Below, in pieces: positions 54,182-64,000 of a stretch of 64,000 nt of DNA. The notes under the pieces were generated by a model. The model saw only the letters and a program-made list of their open reading frames with translations. It did no database searches and was not told where the DNA came from. Source of the DNA: Ferruginibacter sp. (GTDB lineage: Bacteria > Bacteroidota > Bacteroidia > Chitinophagales > Chitinophagaceae); contig JABFQZ010000014.1 in NCBI GenBank assembly GCA_013141435.1, positions 49,792 to 113,791 on the forward strand, read 5' to 3'. Position numbers and translations under genes: made by a program. The number at the start of each line of letters is the position of its first letter. Position 1 is the first letter of the stretch.

Positions 54182-55528
54182 ATGATTTTTTTACAGAAAT
54201 TTAAAGAAAATATAATAAGTAATAACCTTTTTACTATAAAAGATAAATTACTTATTGGTGTAAGTGGTGGCGCAGACTCAACCATACTTTGCCAATTGTG
54301 TAATGATGTTGGGTATAATTTTGCAATAGCACATTGCAATTTTAATTTGAGAGGAGAAGAAAGTAATAGAGACGAAGAATTTGTAAAGGAATTGGCACAA
54401 AAATATAAAGTACAATATTTTGCAACTCATTTTGATACCATAACTATTGCAAAAAAAGAAAAAAAATCGATAGAAGAAACAGCCCGTAGCCTACGATATT
54501 ATTGGTTTAAACAATTGATGAAAGAAAATAGTTTTGATTATTTACTCACTGCACACCATGCCGATGATAATATAGAAACAGTAATGATGAATTTTTTTAG
54601 AGGTACTGGTATAAAAGGATTGAGAGGAATTTTACCTAAGCATCAAAAAATTGTACGCCCATTATTATTTGCACGGCGTGCCGATATTGAAACCTATGCA
54701 AATGAAAATAATATTGACTTTGTAACCGATAGTACTAATGCCGAAAATGATTATACTCGTAATTATTTTAGAAATGACATTTTACCTTTTATTGAAAAAA
54801 TATATCCTGAAACTAAAAAAAATATTTTAAACAATATTAAACGATTTAAAGAAATTGAAGAAATTTATGAAACTACTGTGCAAAAAACAATAGAAAGCCT
54901 AGTAGAAAAAAAAGGTAACGAAATTTATATTCCTGTTTTAAAATTGAGCCATAGTAAATCATTACAAACTATAATTTATGAAATTATAAAAGAGTACAAT
55001 TTTTCGGCAGCACAGGTTGCAGAGGTAGAAAAACTTTTAAAAAGCGAATCGGGAAAATATATTTTATCAAGCACACATCGTATATTAAAGAATAGAAAGT
55101 GGCTAATAATTTCGCCAACAAAAAAAGATGAATTTGTAGCACATTATTTAATAGAAGAAGATACAAAAACTATAGAGTTACCAGATCACAAAATTGATAT
55201 AACACATATTGTAACCAACATTCCTACAGATGCTAACGAGCATGTAGCAATATTAAATAGTGTTAATATTACTTACCCTTTATTGGTTCGTAAATGGAAA
55301 GCTGGCGATTATTTTTATCCATTAGGAATGCAAAAAAAGAAAAAACTAAGTAAGTTTTTTATCGATTTAAAACTCTCTATTACACAAAAAGAAAACATTT
55401 GGGTAATAGAAAGTAATAAAAAAATTATTTGGATAATTGGGTTGCGTATTGATGATAGATTTAAAATTATTGCCCACCAAACAAATGCAATAAAACTGAA
55501 CTTGGTTCAGAAGAACCAAAAAGGCTAA
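54182..55528 (+). CDS. tilS: tRNA(Ile)-lysidine synthetase
   Basis: GVSGGADS, AHCNFNLRGEES, TAHHADD, C-terminal LGMQKKKKLSKFFID. Confidence 0.95.
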   Translation: MIFLQKFKENIISNNLFTIKDKLLIGVSGGADSTILCQLCNDVGYNFAIAHCNFNLRGEESNRDEEFVKELAQKYKVQYFATHFDTITIAKKEKKSIEETARSLRYYWFKQLMKENSFDYLLTAHHADDNIETVMMNFFRGTGIKGLRGILPKHQKIVRPLLFARRADIETYANENNIDFVTDSTNAENDYTRNYFRNDILPFIEKIYPETKKNILNNIKRFKEIEEIYETTVQKTIESLVEKKGNEIYIPVLKLSHSKSLQTIIYEIIKEYNFSAAQVAEVEKLLKSESGKYILSSTHRILKNRKWLIISPTKKDEFVAHYLIEEDTKTIELPDHKIDITHIVTNIPTDANEHVAILNSVNITYPLLVRKWKAGDYFYPLGMQKKKKLSKFFIDLKLSITQKENIWVIESNKKIIWIIGLRIDDRFKIIAHQTNAIKLNLVQKNQKG

Positions 55529-56159
55529 AATGTTTGAAATCGTTTATTATATACGGAAAACAATCTGACCGCATTACGGCAATTAATATAACTGTAAATA
55601 CAAATCCAAAAACTGAGCCCCACAAATGTGCATCATGATTAATATTATCGGTATTTTGCTTACTCATATATACACAATAACCTAGGTATAATACAGCATA
55701 TACAAGCATAGAAACCTTTATAGCACCATATAAATAAATAGAACTCCAAGGACTAAATATAATAGACGCAAATAGCACTGCCGATACAGCACCCGATGCA
55801 CCAAGCGACCTGTAATGTTGATTATTATTGTGTTTTAAATAGCTCGGAATATCAGCTGCAACCATTCCAAAAAAATATAATGCTAAGTAAGTAAAGCTGC
55901 CACCAAGCCCTTGTGCCGAAAAAAAGAATTCTACATTTCGACCAAAAAAGAATAGCGTAAACATATTAAATATTAAATGTGCCCAATCGGCATGTAAAAA
56001 ACCAGAAGTAATAAAACGATAATACTGTTTTTCATTTTTTTCGTAATAAGGCCAACCAATAGTTTTAGATAAAAATGCATGATTGGAAAACCCAATTAAA
56101 GAAAAGATAACATTTGCAACAATAATTATTAAAGTAATTGGAAATTCTAAAAAGTTCAT
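55467..56159 (-). CDS. Rhomboid family intramembrane serine protease
   Basis: FLHADWAHLIFNM, GASG (catalytic Ser), HDAHLWG (catalytic His); overlaps the tilS 3' end by 62 bp. Confidence 0.92.
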   Translation of the reverse strand: MNFLEFPITLIIIVANVIFSLIGFSNHAFLSKTIGWPYYEKNEKQYYRFITSGFLHADWAHLIFNMFTLFFFGRNVEFFFSAQGLGGSFTYLALYFFGMVAADIPSYLKHNNNQHYRSLGASGAVSAVLFASIIFSPWSSIYLYGAIKVSMLVYAVLYLGYCVYMSKQNTDNINHDAHLWGSVFGFVFTVILIAVMRSDCFPYIINDFKHFSLFGSSEPSSVLLHLFGGQ

Positions 56160-56204
56160 ACGGATGTTTATAATTAAAAAAATATAGTTGTAAATATATG
56201 TTAT

Positions 56205-56678
56205 TTATACATGATGGTATTTTTCGTTTCGCATAATACTACAAGCTCTATAAATTTGTTCGGCCAAAATAAGGCGCACAAGTTGATGTGGGAAAACCAA
56301 TGATGATAAACTCCATGTAAAATTTGCTCTTTTTTTTACAACATCGCTTACTCCAAAAGCTCCACCAATGAGGAACACCACATTTTTGGTACTATCAGCC
56401 ATACGTTGCTCCAAAAATTGAGAAAATTTTTCACTGCTAAATATTTTTCCAGTTTCATCTAATAAAACTAAGTAATCATCTTTTTGCAAAAGTGTTATAA
56501 TAGTTTCTCCTTCTTTTATTTTTAAAATATCAGGTTCCATAATACCTGCATTTTTTGGCATTGGAATTATTTTCCATTCTATAGCAAAATAATTTGTAAC
56601 TCGTTTGGTAAATATTTCAATACCTTGTTTTACAAAATCTTCGTGGGGTTTACCAATACTCCAAAGTTGTATTTTCAT
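56205..56678 (-). CDS. rlmH: 23S rRNA (pseudouridine1915-N3)-methyltransferase
   Basis: LLDETG, FLIGGAFG, FPHQLVRLILAEQIYRA, YHH; ATG at 56678. Confidence 0.95.
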   Translation of the reverse strand: MKIQLWSIGKPHEDFVKQGIEIFTKRVTNYFAIEWKIIPMPKNAGIMEPDILKIKEGETIITLLQKDDYLVLLDETGKIFSSEKFSQFLEQRMADSTKNVVFLIGGAFGVSDVVKKRANFTWSLSSLVFPHQLVRLILAEQIYRACSIMRNEKYHHV

Positions 56679-56792
56679 GTGTTCATTTTTATTGTTTTTG
56701 CCACATGTTTGCAAAAGGGAAATCAACTTTTAAAAAAAAATGATACCAATTTTGCAAATACTCAGAATGTGAATTTCTGTTTCAAAAAAAAA

Positions 56793-57188
56793 TTATTTTT
56801 CGCCAAGTTGGGCTTTGTATCTAGCAATTGTATTGTTGGCTTCTATAAGTTTTAGTTTCATGTCATGTAGGGCTGGCTCTCCTTTAGCTAAAAGCATTTC
56901 TGTTTCTTCATTGCTTTTTTGCAACAATAAAATATCATTATCTATTAACTTTATATGTGCTATTGCCTTGGCTAATTTATCTTTTGTGGTAAGTAAAGCT
57001 GCATCGCCAGATTGTATTAAAAATTGGTTTTCTTTTTGTGCGGTTTCTTTTTTTAGTCGTTCGCTTTCCAAAAGTCCCAAGTTACTTTTGTATTCTTTTT
57101 TAATCTTTGCCAATGCCAAAGATTGTATGATAAAAGCCAAAATAAAACCGCCAATAAAGGCAGCAAAAATGTAAAAGTATATTGCCAT
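56793..57188 (-). CDS. Hypothetical protein, N-terminal TM plus coiled coil
   Basis: Hydrophobic residues 3-27 followed by a heptad-rich charged region. Confidence 0.7.
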   Translation of the reverse strand: MAIYFYIFAAFIGGFILAFIIQSLALAKIKKEYKSNLGLLESERLKKETAQKENQFLIQSGDAALLTTKDKLAKAIAHIKLIDNDILLLQKSNEETEMLLAKGEPALHDMKLKLIEANNTIARYKAQLGEK

Positions 57189-57313
57189 AATATAAAATTA
57201 ATACATTTTAGTATGGTGGCAATATTTTTGGATAAATTTAAAATATAATGGTGCAATTTGCTATTCCAATTCTAATACATAAAATTGCCAATATTACGAT
57301 ACAAGTTCTTATT

Positions 57314-58609
57314 TTAGATATTATCTATTTCACCAATTACAAAAAAACTTCCACAAATCATAATCACATCATTTGTTGCTACATTTACTTTTGCATTGGC
57401 AAGAGCATCATTCACATTATCAAAAGCATCTCCATCAAGCCCAGCAAGTAAGGCTATTTGCTTTAAATCGTTTACTGGCATTGCCCTTGCAATATGTGCA
57501 TTGGTAAAATAATATTTAGCGTTTTTTGGAAAAAGTTTTAAAGTTTCTGCTACATCTTTATCCTTTACAAAACCTAAAATAAAATGTAAATTACTATATG
57601 AGTATTCGGTTTCTAACTGGTAAAGTACCTGCCCAATGCCGTCTTTATTGTGTGCTACATCTAATATTATTGTTGGGTTTTGTTGCAATATTTCCCACCG
57701 CCCTTGCAAGCCTGTAATTTTTTTTACTTCCTGCAAGCCTTGGCTCAATGCGGTGTTGGTAATATTTATTCCTATGTTTTTCAATTGCTCCACAGATTCT
57801 AAAACGGTGCAAATATTTTTTGATTGATACAACCCAATTAAACCTAGTTTATATTTTTCGGTTTTACAAGTCATAACATTGTGTACATCTACAACCAATA
57901 CATTGCCTTCATAAGCAATACCTGAGGGTGTAAATAATTCATTTGCAAAAAACAAATCGGCATTTTTACTGTTGGCAATATCAATAAATATTTGCTTGGT
58001 TTCGGGCAAAGTATCGCCAATAACTACAGGTACATTTTGCTTTATTATGCCAGCTTTTTGCATAGCAATCTCTTGCAAAGTATTACCCAATATATTTTGA
58101 TGATCGTAGCCAATATTTGTGATAATAGACAGTATTGGTGTTATAATGTTAGTGCTATCTAACAAGCCACCTAGCCCAGTTTCTACAACAACTATATCGC
58201 AATTTTGGTTTTCAAAATAGTCAAAAGCCATAGCTACAGTAAGTTCAAAAAAAGATGGAGAAATTTCTGCAGTAATATTTTTTGTTTTTTTTACAAAATC
58301 TATAACAGCTTGCTCCAAAATCATTTGGCCATTTACCTTTATACGTTCTCTAAAATCTTTAATATGAGGCGATGTGTAAAGCCCAGTTTTATACCCAGCA
58401 CATTGTAATATTGCTGCAAGCATGTGCGCTGTACTGCCTTTGCCGTTAGTACCTGCAATATGTATTGTTTTTATTTTTTGTTGTGGATTGCCAATGGCAT
58501 TACAAAGTGCAATGGTATTATGCAAATCTGCTTTATAAGCTGCAGCACCAATTTTACTAAACATTGGTAACCTATCGTATAAATAATTGAGAGTTTGTTG
58601 GTATGTCAT
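57314..58609 (-). CDS. folC: Bifunctional folylpolyglutamate synthase/dihydrofolate synthase
   Basis: HIAGTNGKGS, YTSPH, VETGLGG.LDSTN, LDVAHN, CGSFF. Confidence 0.95.
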   Translation of the reverse strand: MTYQQTLNYLYDRLPMFSKIGAAAYKADLHNTIALCNAIGNPQQKIKTIHIAGTNGKGSTAHMLAAILQCAGYKTGLYTSPHIKDFRERIKVNGQMILEQAVIDFVKKTKNITAEISPSFFELTVAMAFDYFENQNCDIVVVETGLGGLLDSTNIITPILSIITNIGYDHQNILGNTLQEIAMQKAGIIKQNVPVVIGDTLPETKQIFIDIANSKNADLFFANELFTPSGIAYEGNVLVVDVHNVMTCKTEKYKLGLIGLYQSKNICTVLESVEQLKNIGINITNTALSQGLQEVKKITGLQGRWEILQQNPTIILDVAHNKDGIGQVLYQLETEYSYSNLHFILGFVKDKDVAETLKLFPKNAKYYFTNAHIARAMPVNDLKQIALLAGLDGDAFDNVNDALANAKVNVATNDVIMICGSFFVIGEIDNI

Positions 58610-58648
58610 TTACCAAAATAATAAAAAATGGTTAATAGAAAATTTAAC

Positions 58649-59524
58649 TTATTTCACATTAAAATTAAACTGAACAGTAACCGTACTTTCTTCATCGGCC
58701 ACATCAAATTTCATTGTTTGCAAATAGCCTCTTATTGCATTTGCATAAGCAGCACTTGTACTAGTGCTACCTTGGCCAAAACGTACAAAATTACCTACAC
58801 CTGCAGGAGAAACTTTTACAACTGCATTAATTGTAGCCTTTTCTAATTCGCCAGTAAAGTTGTATGATCGGTACACAACTTTTCTATTTCCGCTAATAAC
58901 CTTTGGCCCAACAGTACCACCACCAGTACCTGTTTTATTACCATAAGTATCTTTATTTCCATTGGGTGCTCCAGCATCGCCCTTGCCATTTTTATTGTTG
59001 CCTTGCATGGTATAACCATTATCTTCGGCTGCATTATTTCCTCCACCATTGCCTGCACCTGGGTATATAATTTTGGGCACTTTTGGTTTTGGTGCTTGTG
59101 TAATTATGGGAGCAGTAACTACAGGTTTTGTTGTAGGTTTTATAATAGTTGTTGGCGTTACAGTTTTTATTGGATCTATTTTTTTTATAGGTTTCACTAC
59201 AGCTGCAGCATCTTCTGCAGCATTATCATCGGGTGTTATTTTATCTTCAGCAGCTGGTTCATTGTCAGCTACTGGTTGTGCAGCAGGTGGTGTAGGTGGG
59301 GTTTCTACCTCTGGCGATCGTTCTCCTTTTATAAGCGGTTGCTCTTCTCCAAAACCTTCGTTATCATTACCAAGGTTTATTTCCATTAAATCTTGTACTA
59401 CAGGTGGCGCTGGTGGCAATACTTTCCAGCTAATAAATATAAAAGCAACTAACAATAAGCTGCATATTGCAGTTGTGTAAATAAATGCTTTTCTATGTCT
59501 TTCGTTATCAAATTTTGTAGCCAT
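58649..59524 (-). CDS. TonB-like energy transducer protein
   Basis: N-terminal TM, MEINLG, Pro/Thr/Ala-rich spacer, Gly/Asn-rich segment, C-terminal TonB_C-like domain. Confidence 0.6.
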   Translation of the reverse strand: MATKFDNERHRKAFIYTTAICSLLLVAFIFISWKVLPPAPPVVQDLMEINLGNDNEGFGEEQPLIKGERSPEVETPPTPPAAQPVADNEPAAEDKITPDDNAAEDAAAVVKPIKKIDPIKTVTPTTIIKPTTKPVVTAPIITQAPKPKVPKIIYPGAGNGGGNNAAEDNGYTMQGNNKNGKGDAGAPNGNKDTYGNKTGTGGGTVGPKVISGNRKVVYRSYNFTGELEKATINAVVKVSPAGVGNFVRFGQGSTSTSAAYANAIRGYLQTMKFDVADEESTVTVQFNFNVK

Positions 59525-59770
59525 GGCATAAAGTTAAATTACTCTTTTCATATTGATGAAAAAAAGAATGATTTTATATATTAAAATTTCATATTTTAAC
59601 ATTTTTGTTTTTTTACCAGTAGTCGTTTTTTATGGGATCTGCAATGGCAATAATTATTAGTTGTTTTGCCTTTTTGTGGAAAAGAAAAAAAATCACCTTT
59701 CATCATTTGTATATTAAGCCTCATTTAATATTTTTAATAAAAAACACTTATATTTTTAAAATAATCGTAT

Positions 59771-59778
59771 TAACTTTG
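59771..59778 (+). promoter_or_regulatory. -7 element for the FKBP gene
   Basis: TAACTTTG, 30 nt upstream of the ATG at 59809. Confidence 0.6.
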
Positions 59779-59808
59779 GTTTCGTAAAACTTATTAAACC
59801 TCAAAACA

Positions 59809-61221
59809 ATGCAACAAAAATTACTTTTTACTCTAATTTTTATTTCTTTTTTTGCATGCACAAATGCTCAATACAAAAGTTTGCAAAATGGGTTAGAGTA
59901 TCGTTACATTAAAAAAGGAAAAACTACGCAAACTGGTAAAGTAGGCGATTTTATAGGTATGATATTAAGAAACACTTGTGGCAACCAAGTACTTTTCGAT
60001 ACAAAAAAATACAATAAAGGCACAGACTCTCCAGTAAATTTTCCTATTGCAAAAAGCAAATCTAATTACGATATAAATGATGTGTTGCAGTTACTACACG
60101 AAGGCGATAGTGTAATTGTGCGCATACCGCAAGATTCGTTTTATAGAGGACTACCACAAGCCCAACGCAAAGGCTTAAAGGCTGGCGAGCCAGTAATGTA
60201 TTACATTGGAGTACACTCTATAAAAACGGCTGCACAATTTAAAAAAATACAAGACGATTATAAAAAATCTTTAGCCGCATTTGCAAAACAACAAGCCGAA
60301 TTTAAAAAACAACAACAGGCACAATTACTCTTACAAAAACAACAACTTATCATTGATAAAAATCAAGACGAAGAATTAAAAAAATATTTTGCAAAAAATA
60401 ATATAAACAATGTTACAAAATTACCATCGGGTATTTATACAATTATTGAAAAAGAAGGTAAAGGTGATTTTATAAAACCAGGTGTAGAAGTAACAATGAA
60501 TTACGAAAAACAATCATTGAGCGGTAAAAAATATGATAGTAATATCGATACGATATTTAAAAACACTACAGCACTTAAAGCAAATATTGGGCAACGCAAA
60601 TTACTTGCTGGTTGGGAAGAAGGTTTACAAAAATTTAATAAAGGTGCAAAAGGGCAAATATTTATTCCAAGCAAATTAGCTTATGGCAATAATAAGTTTG
60701 GTGTAAGACCAAATGATACAATACCTGCCAATACTATTTTAAAAATAGATGTAGAAGTTTTAGATGTTATAGACCTAGCAGTAGTTGCAAAACAATTAGC
60801 AGAAAAACAAGACAGCGATATTCAAACTTTTTTAAAGACAAATAATTTAACCGCCACTAAAACCAATTCGGGCATGTATTATATTATTACAAGAGATGGT
60901 ACTGGCGAAAAACCAGCCGTAGGAACAGAAGTTACTATGAATTATACTGGCATGTTTTTAGATGGCAAAAAATTTGATAGTAATGAAGACAGTACCTTTA
61001 ATCATGTATCGCCATTTAAGTTTACTTTAGGCAAAGGGCAAGTTATAAAAGGCTGGGACGAAGGTGTAGCTTTACTACAAAAAGGCACTAAAGCAAAATT
61101 TATTTTACCAAGTAGTATGGCTTATGGAGCCAATGGCACTGGCGGTATTCCGGCAAATAGTATTTTACAATTTGATGTAGAATTGGTAGATTTTAAAAAT
61201 GTAGTAGCAGTATCAAAATAG
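59809..61221 (+). CDS. FKBP-type peptidyl-prolyl isomerase with three FKBP-like domains
   Basis: Signal peptide; degenerate domain 1; domains 2 and 3 with GWEEG/GWDEG and LAYG/MAYG...IPAN motifs. Confidence 0.9.
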   Translation: MQQKLLFTLIFISFFACTNAQYKSLQNGLEYRYIKKGKTTQTGKVGDFIGMILRNTCGNQVLFDTKKYNKGTDSPVNFPIAKSKSNYDINDVLQLLHEGDSVIVRIPQDSFYRGLPQAQRKGLKAGEPVMYYIGVHSIKTAAQFKKIQDDYKKSLAAFAKQQAEFKKQQQAQLLLQKQQLIIDKNQDEELKKYFAKNNINNVTKLPSGIYTIIEKEGKGDFIKPGVEVTMNYEKQSLSGKKYDSNIDTIFKNTTALKANIGQRKLLAGWEEGLQKFNKGAKGQIFIPSKLAYGNNKFGVRPNDTIPANTILKIDVEVLDVIDLAVVAKQLAEKQDSDIQTFLKTNNLTATKTNSGMYYIITRDGTGEKPAVGTEVTMNYTGMFLDGKKFDSNEDSTFNHVSPFKFTLGKGQVIKGWDEGVALLQKGTKAKFILPSSMAYGANGTGGIPANSILQFDVELVDFKNVVAVSK

Positions 61222-61245
61222 ATTTTACAAAAATTAGTTTTACAT

Positions 61246-61295
61246 AATAAGGCTAAAAAAACAAGTTAAATATTATTTGTTTTTTTAGCCTTATT
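61246..61295. terminator. Bidirectional terminator between the FKBP gene and yggS
   Basis: 19-bp perfect arms AATAAGGCTAAAAAAACAA / TTGTTTTTTTAGCCTTATT with a 12-nt loop. Confidence 0.8.
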
Positions 61296-61325
61296 GTATT
61301 TTTATATTCTTTATTGCTACAGCTT

Positions 61326-61970
61326 TTATCGCTTTCCAAATAACAAACTACCTATACGCACCATATTGCTACCACAAGTTATAGCAAGTACATAATCATC
61401 GCTCATGCCCATACTTAGTGTGGTAAGTTTACTATTTGTTTGCTTACAAAAGTTTACATATATTTTATGCAAATTTTCAAATTCATTTTTTACTTTTTCT
61501 TTATCATTGGTAAAAGTTGCCATTCCCATTAAGCCAATAATTTCAATGCTTTTAAAGTTTAAAAAATCAACATTGCTTAATTCTAACTCATCAAACCCAA
61601 ACTTAGTTTCTTCTTCGGCTATATGTATTTGCAACAATACTTTTATAATTCTATTGTTTTTTTTTGCCTGCTTATCAATTTCAGTTAATAGTTTTATACT
61701 ATCTACACTTTGAATAATATGTACAAATGAGGCTATATATTTAACTTTATTGCTTTGTAAGTGCCCAATAAAATGCCAACAAATATCGTTTGGCAATTGT
61801 GTTTGCTTATCTACCAACTCTTGCACATAGTTTTCGCCAAAATGCCTTTGCCCAAGCGCATACAATTTTGCTATATCGCTTGCTGGCTTTAGTTTAGATA
61901 CAGCTACAAGTGTAGCTTTATTTGCATTACAAAAAGTGTTTATATCTTTATACTTTTCTTCGTTAACCAT
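61326..61970 (-). CDS. yggS: YggS family pyridoxal phosphate homeostasis protein
   Basis: LVAVSK, FGENYVQE, WHFIGHLQSNK, MGMSDDY, VRIGSLLFG. Confidence 0.95.
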   Translation of the reverse strand: MVNEEKYKDINTFCNANKATLVAVSKLKPASDIAKLYALGQRHFGENYVQELVDKQTQLPNDICWHFIGHLQSNKVKYIASFVHIIQSVDSIKLLTEIDKQAKKNNRIIKVLLQIHIAEEETKFGFDELELSNVDFLNFKSIEIIGLMGMATFTNDKEKVKNEFENLHKIYVNFCKQTNSKLTTLSMGMSDDYVLAITCGSNMVRIGSLLFGKR

Positions 61971-61972
61971 AT

Positions 61973-63634
61973 TTAGTTACTTATTTTTTGCCAACTATAA
62001 TTTTGTATTGTACGAAATAAAAAATAACAACACATAGCCGATACAGGAATTAGTAAAACAACCAACCACCATATTTTTAATGCCAAATAATGAAGACCTA
62101 CAAGAGCAGCTATTAAAATCATTTGTACAATTATTTGTACAAATTTACCAGTTTGTTCTTTTACACTTGGTTGCATACTAAAAGGCAAATGCATTTTACC
62201 AAATATAGAAAGTAATAAAAAAATTATTACATTATTAAAAAGTCCTAAAATAAAATCATCAATAATTTTGTAACCCCAAACCCAATAAGAAAATAAAAAT
62301 AAAATAATAATTATTGGTAAAAGAAATTTTAATAATAGTGTTTTTAAAGCACCACTTATTAAACTGCCAGGTTTATATATTGGTTTTGATAAGTAAATCC
62401 ATGATGCTGCAAAATTTTCGTTAAAAGCAATTAAAGAAATTGCAGCCGATATGGTAAACATGGGTAAATATACAAACCATAAAAAGTTAGAAGACGCTCC
62501 TAAATTATTCCAAGTATTGGCAAAATCTTTACCATTTTTAAATACAAAAACAAAAGCAAATACCACTAAGTATGCCAAACTTGGATAAAATTGTATTTTA
62601 AAACTTTTATCTCTACTTGTCATTTTCCATGTAAGTTCAAAACCTGCTTGTTCGGCTTTGTTTGTACAAAGTATTGGCGATAATTTTTCTTCTAATACTA
62701 TACTATTTTTTGTTTTTATTATTTTATCATCAGCAATATTATTACCCAAGGCGGCTATTTTTTTTGAAAACGATGGAGCCAAAAATTTTATCATTATCCA
62801 AAAAGTAAAAATAGGCAATACCAAAGCACATACTATCATTATAATATGAGGTATATCTGCTTTGAGCTCTTGTATGGCTTGTAAGGTATGCGCCATCCAA
62901 AAGGGCGGAAGCAAGTATGTGTACCAATGAATAGGCATGGTGGCATTTAGGTATTTGTCAACATTTATAAGCCTTGGTACAATTTGAAACCCAGCAGCAA
63001 AAATAATTGTCATAGCTATTTGAAACCAACTAATAATATTTTTTACTTTTTCTTCGCTGCTTACTTTTAGTATTAATATGTATAAAAGATATGTAATAAA
63101 TACAGCAAACATTACAGTAAGCAAAACGGTTGCAATACTTGCTATACCAACTAAAAAACCAAATATTGCAAAAGTAAAAATTATTGGAAACAACGAAAGT
63201 GCAATAGTAAATTGTAAAAGATAAACCAAAATATGTACTAATCTTGCTACAAAAAAAGTTTTACTATTTACAGGTCTTGGTAATATAATTTGGTTATCGG
63301 TAGTATCTAAAAGCACACTACTAAAATCTGTAATAAGCGTCATTGCCATCATAAATAATATGTAGGTATGAAATAAAGTCATGCTTATTATAATGCTCTT
63401 AAAAAACAAAATTGCAAACCCAATCATTAACCCCATAATAGCATATACTACTAGGGTAACCAATATTTGATTTTTTGGTTCTTTCTCTGTTTTTTGTTTC
63501 ATTGCTACACGTACACGCCGCCTATCCAATAGCAATTTTGTTTGAGTAATTATTTTCAACTTTTCAAAATCTACATCTTTTTTAAGAAAAAATTTTACAA
63601 TAAATAATACAAATTTTAAAATAAATTTATCCAT
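61973..63634 (-). CDS. ABC-2-type permease-like membrane protein
   Basis: 553 aa, about 12 hydrophobic segments, DTTDNQIILPRPV; directly downstream of an ABC ATPase. Confidence 0.7.
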   Translation of the reverse strand: MDKFILKFVLFIVKFFLKKDVDFEKLKIITQTKLLLDRRRVRVAMKQKTEKEPKNQILVTLVVYAIMGLMIGFAILFFKSIIISMTLFHTYILFMMAMTLITDFSSVLLDTTDNQIILPRPVNSKTFFVARLVHILVYLLQFTIALSLFPIIFTFAIFGFLVGIASIATVLLTVMFAVFITYLLYILILKVSSEEKVKNIISWFQIAMTIIFAAGFQIVPRLINVDKYLNATMPIHWYTYLLPPFWMAHTLQAIQELKADIPHIIMIVCALVLPIFTFWIMIKFLAPSFSKKIAALGNNIADDKIIKTKNSIVLEEKLSPILCTNKAEQAGFELTWKMTSRDKSFKIQFYPSLAYLVVFAFVFVFKNGKDFANTWNNLGASSNFLWFVYLPMFTISAAISLIAFNENFAASWIYLSKPIYKPGSLISGALKTLLLKFLLPIIIILFLFSYWVWGYKIIDDFILGLFNNVIIFLLLSIFGKMHLPFSMQPSVKEQTGKFVQIIVQMILIAALVGLHYLALKIWWLVVLLIPVSAMCCYFLFRTIQNYSWQKISN

Positions 63635-63636
63635 TT

Positions 63637-64000
63637 TTAGTTGTTTAAAACATGAATAAATTCGTTAGCAGTATTTTGTGTTTGTGCACTATCACCTGTA
63701 AGGCTTGTAAATATATTTTCAAGCGATCCTTCATGGGCACTGGCTTTCAGCTCATCAAAAGTACCATCGGCTTTTACTTCACCTTTGTCAATTATTATTA
63801 TTCTATCGCTTATTTTTTCTACCACATCCATTATATGTGAGCTGTAAAATATTGTTTTGCCAGCAGTTTTTAATTGTGCTAATATTTCTTTTACCAAAAT
63901 AACGGCGTTGGCATCTAAACCGCTCAATGGTTCATCTAAAAAAATAATTTCGGGGTTATGCATTAATCCGCTAATGAGCAACACTTTTTGTTTCATACCT
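63637..64000 (-). CDS. ABC transporter ATP-binding protein, 3' part (5' end outside the window)
   Basis: (G)MKQKV signature end, Walker B FLDEP, H-loop SSH. Confidence 0.9.
   Translation of the reverse strand, partial: GMKQKVLLISGLMHNPEIIFLDEPLSGLDANAVILVKEILAQLKTAGKTIFYSSHIMDVVEKISDRIIIIDKGEVKADGTFDELKASAHEGSLENIFTSLTGDSAQTQNTANEFIHVLNN

Noticed and set aside
55467-55528. 62-bp convergent overlap of tilS and rhomboid (also 15 bp for pyrF/SGNH)
   Set aside because: Short 3' overlaps of convergent genes are common and need no special explanation
59003-59480. Two plus-strand ORFs of 128 and 143 aa
   Set aside because: Antisense shadows of the low-complexity TonB-like gene
170-63840. Remaining 60-136 aa ORFs nested in or antisense to annotated genes
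   Set aside because: All overlap stronger genes and show no recognisable domain
1-64000. Invertible promoter or recombinase-controlled switch as in Bacteroides capsule loci
   Set aside because: No recombinase gene, and no inverted-repeat pair flanking a promoter upstream of upxY or the locus head was seen

Overview
AT-rich Bacteroidota DNA, probably Chitinophagaceae-like (inferred from UpxY, T9SS cargo, TAnnTTTG promoters and mitochondrial-type aconitase). I saw no rRNA, tRNA, CRISPR array, transposase or prophage gene. Left part (1-9.5 kb): housekeeping and accessory genes (paiB-like, pyrF, SGNH hydrolase, serine hydrolase, AAA+/DUF4143-type ATPase, glutaryl-CoA dehydrogenase, 3-hydroxybutyryl-CoA dehydrogenase, amidohydrolase). 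Middle (9.5-48 kb, all on the minus strand): a ~38 kb surface-glycan locus. In transcription order it encodes a tiny PID-CTERM peptide, a T9SS cargo protein, wza, wzc, upxY, fcl, an asnB-like amidotransferase, a GT4, wzm, three sugar-modifying genes, wzt, ~15 kb of glycosyl-, methyl- and acyltransferases, a Wzy/ligase-like membrane protein, a GT4, an exosortase, wcaF, a GT2 and a wzb-like PHP phosphatase. Right part (48-64 kb): core genes (aconitase, pspC, GNAT, lolC/E-like, DUF5103/T9SS plug, tilS, rhomboid, rlmH, folC, TonB-like, triple FKBP, yggS, ABC pair). Best leads: (1) an exosortase plus a 14-residue Cys-paired PID-CTERM substrate inside a hybrid ABC + Wza/Wzc + Wzy-like glycan locus; (2) a 37-bp-period array of dyad repeats over the promoter of the AAA+/nuclease gene; (3) a GCGAAGC mini-hairpin directly upstream of upxY, a candidate ops-like loading site; (4) a GT4 with no canonical start, separated from asnB only by an in-frame TAA. 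Family assignments come from motif recognition by eye, not from database searches.
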